64,000 bases of DNA from Octopus sinensis (taxonomy: Eukaryota). The notes under the pieces were generated by a model that ran no database searches, was not told where the DNA came from, and saw nothing but the letters and a program-made list of their open reading frames with translations. The first letter of the stretch is position 1; every line of letters starts with the position of its first letter. This document shows, in pieces, positions 60,639-64,000 of the stretch. The stretch is taken from contig NC_043008.1 in the NCBI RefSeq assembly GCF_006345805.1, forward strand, positions 55,118,001 through 55,182,000, given 5' to 3'. The translations under genes and the position numbers were made by a program.

Positions 60639-61267
60639 TCTATGTCCATCTCTCTAGCTCTCTCTATCTCTCTATCTCTCTTTCTTTCTCTCTATCTATC
60701 TATCTATCTATCCAATGTTTTTAGGAAGCAAATTCCTTACCACACAACTACATATATAATTGTTCATGCCCTACCCATTTTCCCATGCTAGCATGGGTTG
60801 GGTGAATACATATTGAGGCCTTGTTTTACAGTCAGATGTCTTTCCTGTTTGAGACCCTTTACTATTTAAAAAAAAATATATTTTCTTATCTTTCATTTGT
60901 CTTTATGAGAACAGAGAGCTACATAATGGTTTATCTGAATGTCAACAAATCTCATTGTGTTATGCTGAATGCATTTTACTGATGCACAATGAATAATTCA
61001 CACAGACACTTATATGTTCCCATACAGATAGGTTTGGCTTGGCTTTACAAAGAGAAATACAATTCAGTATATGAAACAAAGCATGTGTGTGCATATATGT
61101 GTGTGTGTGTATGTGCATGCATGTATGTGAAACAGGTGTTGGTGAAGTAAGTTAAATGAGTAACTCAAGAGTCTATATGTGAAAATAAATAGAATTTGGT
61201 GAGTTTGACATGTATTTTGGCAAGAAAACTATTTGCTCTTGAGTCACTCTCGTAGTTTCTAAGCTTA

Positions 61268-61685
61268 ATACTCTTACTCTTTAGTCTTTTACTTGTTTCA
61301 GTCCTTTGACTGTGGCCATGCTGCAGCACCGCCTTTAGTCGAGCAAATTGACCCCAGGACTTATTCTTTGTAAGCCTAGTACTTAGTCTATCGGTCTCTT
61401 TGCCGAACCGCTAAGTTACAGGGATGTAAACACACCAGCATCGGTTGTCAAGCGATGTTGGGGTGACAAACACAGACACACAAACATATACTCACACACA
61501 TATATATATATACATATATACGACAGGCTTCTTTCAGTTTCTGTCTACCAAATCCACTCACAAGGCTTTGGTCAGCCCGAGGCTATAGTAGAAGACACTT
61601 GCCCAAGGCACCACGCAGTGGGACTGAACCCGGAACCATGTGGTTGGTAAGCAAGCTACTTACCACACAGCCACTCCTGCGCCTA
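61268..61685 (-). mobile_element. SINE-A, full length
   Basis: Near-consensus reverse copy ending ccactcctgcgcc. Confidence 0.85.
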
Positions 61686-62377
61686 ATAGTTAGGGTTTTC
61701 AACTCATGGTCATAAGGTTGCACGCATTGGACTCCCTGGCAGAGCATCGAGTCTATTGAATCAAAAGACAAATGAACACAGAAGAGTTAATGACCATCCC
61801 ATAACTGGTGGTGTGAGGCCTTTAGTCTTTGTTTAAACATCTCTGTAGGATAAGGAAATTCTGAAATAACACCCACGTCATTGTTAAGCCACATATGTTG
61901 CCCTTGCTTGTTTCTGGACTACTTGGCTGTGTAGGTGGGAGTGTTAACAGTGTTGTGCAATCTGTTGCTGACTTCAGATTTCAGCATGGACGTTGCTGAC
62001 AGCCGTTGTCTTTAACATCTAAGATAATTTTTCAGTCTACGTAGAGTGTGTGTGTGTGTGTGTGTTTGTGTGTGTATGTGTGTGTTTGTGTGTGTACGTG
62101 TGTATTTATGTCTGTCTCTCGTTTCTTTGTTTGCATTCCCGTGAAGCAGCAGTTTCTCAGAAAAAGTAGCCTGATAGATCAAGTACTTATCACTGCTGAA
62201 TTAAATCTGTCTTGATCGTATTTTGTACTAATTATATGAATTGTCATTTAAACACATGAACTATCGTTTATATTCCCCTTTGCCTCACTTTGTATATTAT
62301 TTCAACACTTATTACTCTACCGATTAAACTGGATTGGCTGGAATGTTACCTGTAGAAATGTAGAAATAAATTCTTAA

Positions 62378-62512
62378 GGTAGCGAGCTGGCAGAAACGTT
62401 AGCATGCCGGGAGAAATGCTTAGCAGGATTTCGTCTGGCGTTACGTTCTGAGTTCAAATTCAGCCGAGGTCGACTTTGCCTTTCATCCTTTCGGGGCGAT
62501 AAATTAAGTACC
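62378..62512 (+). mobile_element. SINE-B, 3'-truncated
   Basis: ggtagcgagctggcagaaacgttagc...ttcggggcgataaattaagtacc. Confidence 0.75.
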
Positions 62513-62747
62513 ATGACACAACAAAATATGCTTCAGTACATGAATTCACATAAAGAATCTTGCAAACCAAATACAAAAACAAAATATATATGTGTGTGTG
62601 TATGTGTGTGTGTGTGTATATATATGTGTGTGTGTGTATATATATATATACATATATATATACACACACACACAAAATGACAAAGTAACTCAAAAGCCAA
62701 GATTTTCATGCATGGGATTTCAGGCTTTGTGCCTATAGTTGAATGGA

Positions 62748-62768
62748 TTATTATTATCATTATTATTA

Positions 62769-62820
<52 letters not shown>
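62748..62820. repeat. (TTA)n microsatellite
   Basis: Seen directly. Confidence 0.95.
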
Positions 62821-62822
<2 letters not shown>

Positions 62823-62866
62823 TCTATGGTATTATATGTAATGACCATCATTTTTTTCTTTTGCAG

Positions 62867-62916
62867 AAATAAACTTAGAAAAATCAAATATGAAAGAAAA
62901 ATATTACAAAGACAGA
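62867..62916 (+). CDS. Candidate internal exon (50 nt) of an unidentified gene
   Basis: Consensus acceptor tttttttcttttgcag| and donor aga|gtaagt. Two frames are open: NKLRKIKYERKILQRQ or INLEKSNMKEKYYKDR. Confidence 0.45.
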
Positions 62917-63029
62917 GTAAGTTAAATTTTTATTACTTTAAATTTTTTTGTTTTAGATATTTGTGTTTCATTTACTTTTATCAGATTTTTGAATAAACTC
63001 ATTTTCTTCCATTTATTTTTAATCTTCAT

Positions 63030-63640
63030 TTTCCATCAACAATTTTAACAAGTCAGCCAGTAATATACTCTTCATTGTTTGCAACCTCTTGTCAACATTC
63101 TGCTAGTTTCTCCAAAAAATTCAAAAGAATTCTTTGACTTATGATCTCAGCTCTGTGTTGTTGAATGAAATGCTTCACAGACTGTTGGAGAACAACTGAA
63201 AAGATGGCATTCTGAAAGTGCTATATCAGGAGAATATGCTAGGCATGGTAGAACTTTCCAGTCAAGCTTTTGAATAGCATTTTTGGTCAATTTAGCAATG
63301 TGAAGGTGAGTGTCATTTTGATGAAGAATCACATCGTCCCTGTGTTGGGGTTTTGGACTTTACCCATTGAATGAAGGTGATGGGCAATCGTAAAAGGAGA
63401 GCATCTCTTTTACTAGCTCAGTTCCCTTGTGGATAGGCACAGATCATCTTTGATGAGCTTTTTTAACTGAACAGATTGGCTGGAACAGAGAGATTCTGTT
63501 TGGTTGACTTTCCTCCTCTTTGAAGCACAAAAACCATTTCTGTGCAATTCTTTCAGTAATAGCACCTTTTCCATATACTGCACAAATGTCTCTGGCAACT
63601 TTGGCAGCTTTGGAATCTTGATTTAAAATAAAGTGAAGAT
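63030..63640 (-). mobile_element. Internally deleted mariner remnant
   Basis: Reverse translation NQDSKAAKVARDICAVYGKGAITERIAQKWF...LIKDDLCLSTREL...IAHHLHSMGKVQ is fused to VILHQNDTHLHIAKLTKNAIQKLDWKVLPCLAYSPDIALSECHLF. Confidence 0.8.
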
Positions 63641-63910
63641 CATGTCAAAAATACTGGGGTTTTTTTGCTTGTTTTTTTTTTTTTGTTCTTTGTAGAGGAA
63701 GAATAGAACAACAAAAAAAAACCCATAAAACACTGTTGATAAAAATATTTTTTGTGTTAATTCAAATTACATTGGAAGGAAACAGACAAATTTATCTGTC
63801 AACCCAATGTATTGTTATTGTTTAGCCCTAGTTTTACCCTAATTGAGCACCACAGTGATCAATGATTTTTAGCTGCAACCATCCCATTTTCTTTTTAAAT
63901 CTTCTTGTTT

Positions 63911-64000
63911 AAACCATTGGCATTCAGGTTGTTTTGTCAACTATAATACTTATTTAAGTCACATTGTTTGAATCAATCATGCCATTATCTTCATAGCTTT
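63911..64000. mobile_element. piggyBac-like MITE, diverged, truncated by the window end
   Basis: ttaaaccattggcattcag...cacattgtttgaatcaatcatg resembles 52846-52930. Confidence 0.45.

Overview
AT-rich, microsatellite-dense eukaryotic DNA that is almost entirely intronic or intergenic. The repeat families look to me like those of an Octopus (coleoid cephalopod) genome; this is inferred from pattern recognition and was not searched. I find no intact protein-coding gene. Most ORFs in the supplied track come from SINEs, simple repeats or decayed transposons. The window holds about 20 copies of one ~400-bp tRNA-derived SINE (here SINE-A), a second tRNA-derived SINE (SINE-B) that forms precise 184-bp head-to-tail multimers, and two rarer SINE types. 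It also holds many 5'-truncated 3' ends of an RTE-like LINE, several other LINE remnants (RTE-like, L1/Tx1-like), a Tigger/pogo remnant, three internally deleted mariners, and mariner-, piggyBac- and hAT-type MITEs. The most notable signal is six type I hammerhead-ribozyme (HHR) motifs at five loci, all next to (TA)n tracts and probably from Penelope-like elements. All have a minimal stem III closed by a 4-nt palindrome and an unusually long stem II, usually with a nested hairpin. Two of them lie in the arms of an apparently perfect 202-bp inverted repeat. A few isolated splice-signal-flanked segments may be exons of a large + strand gene (best candidate 62867-62916), but none could be identified. 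SINE and LINE boundaries are approximate.
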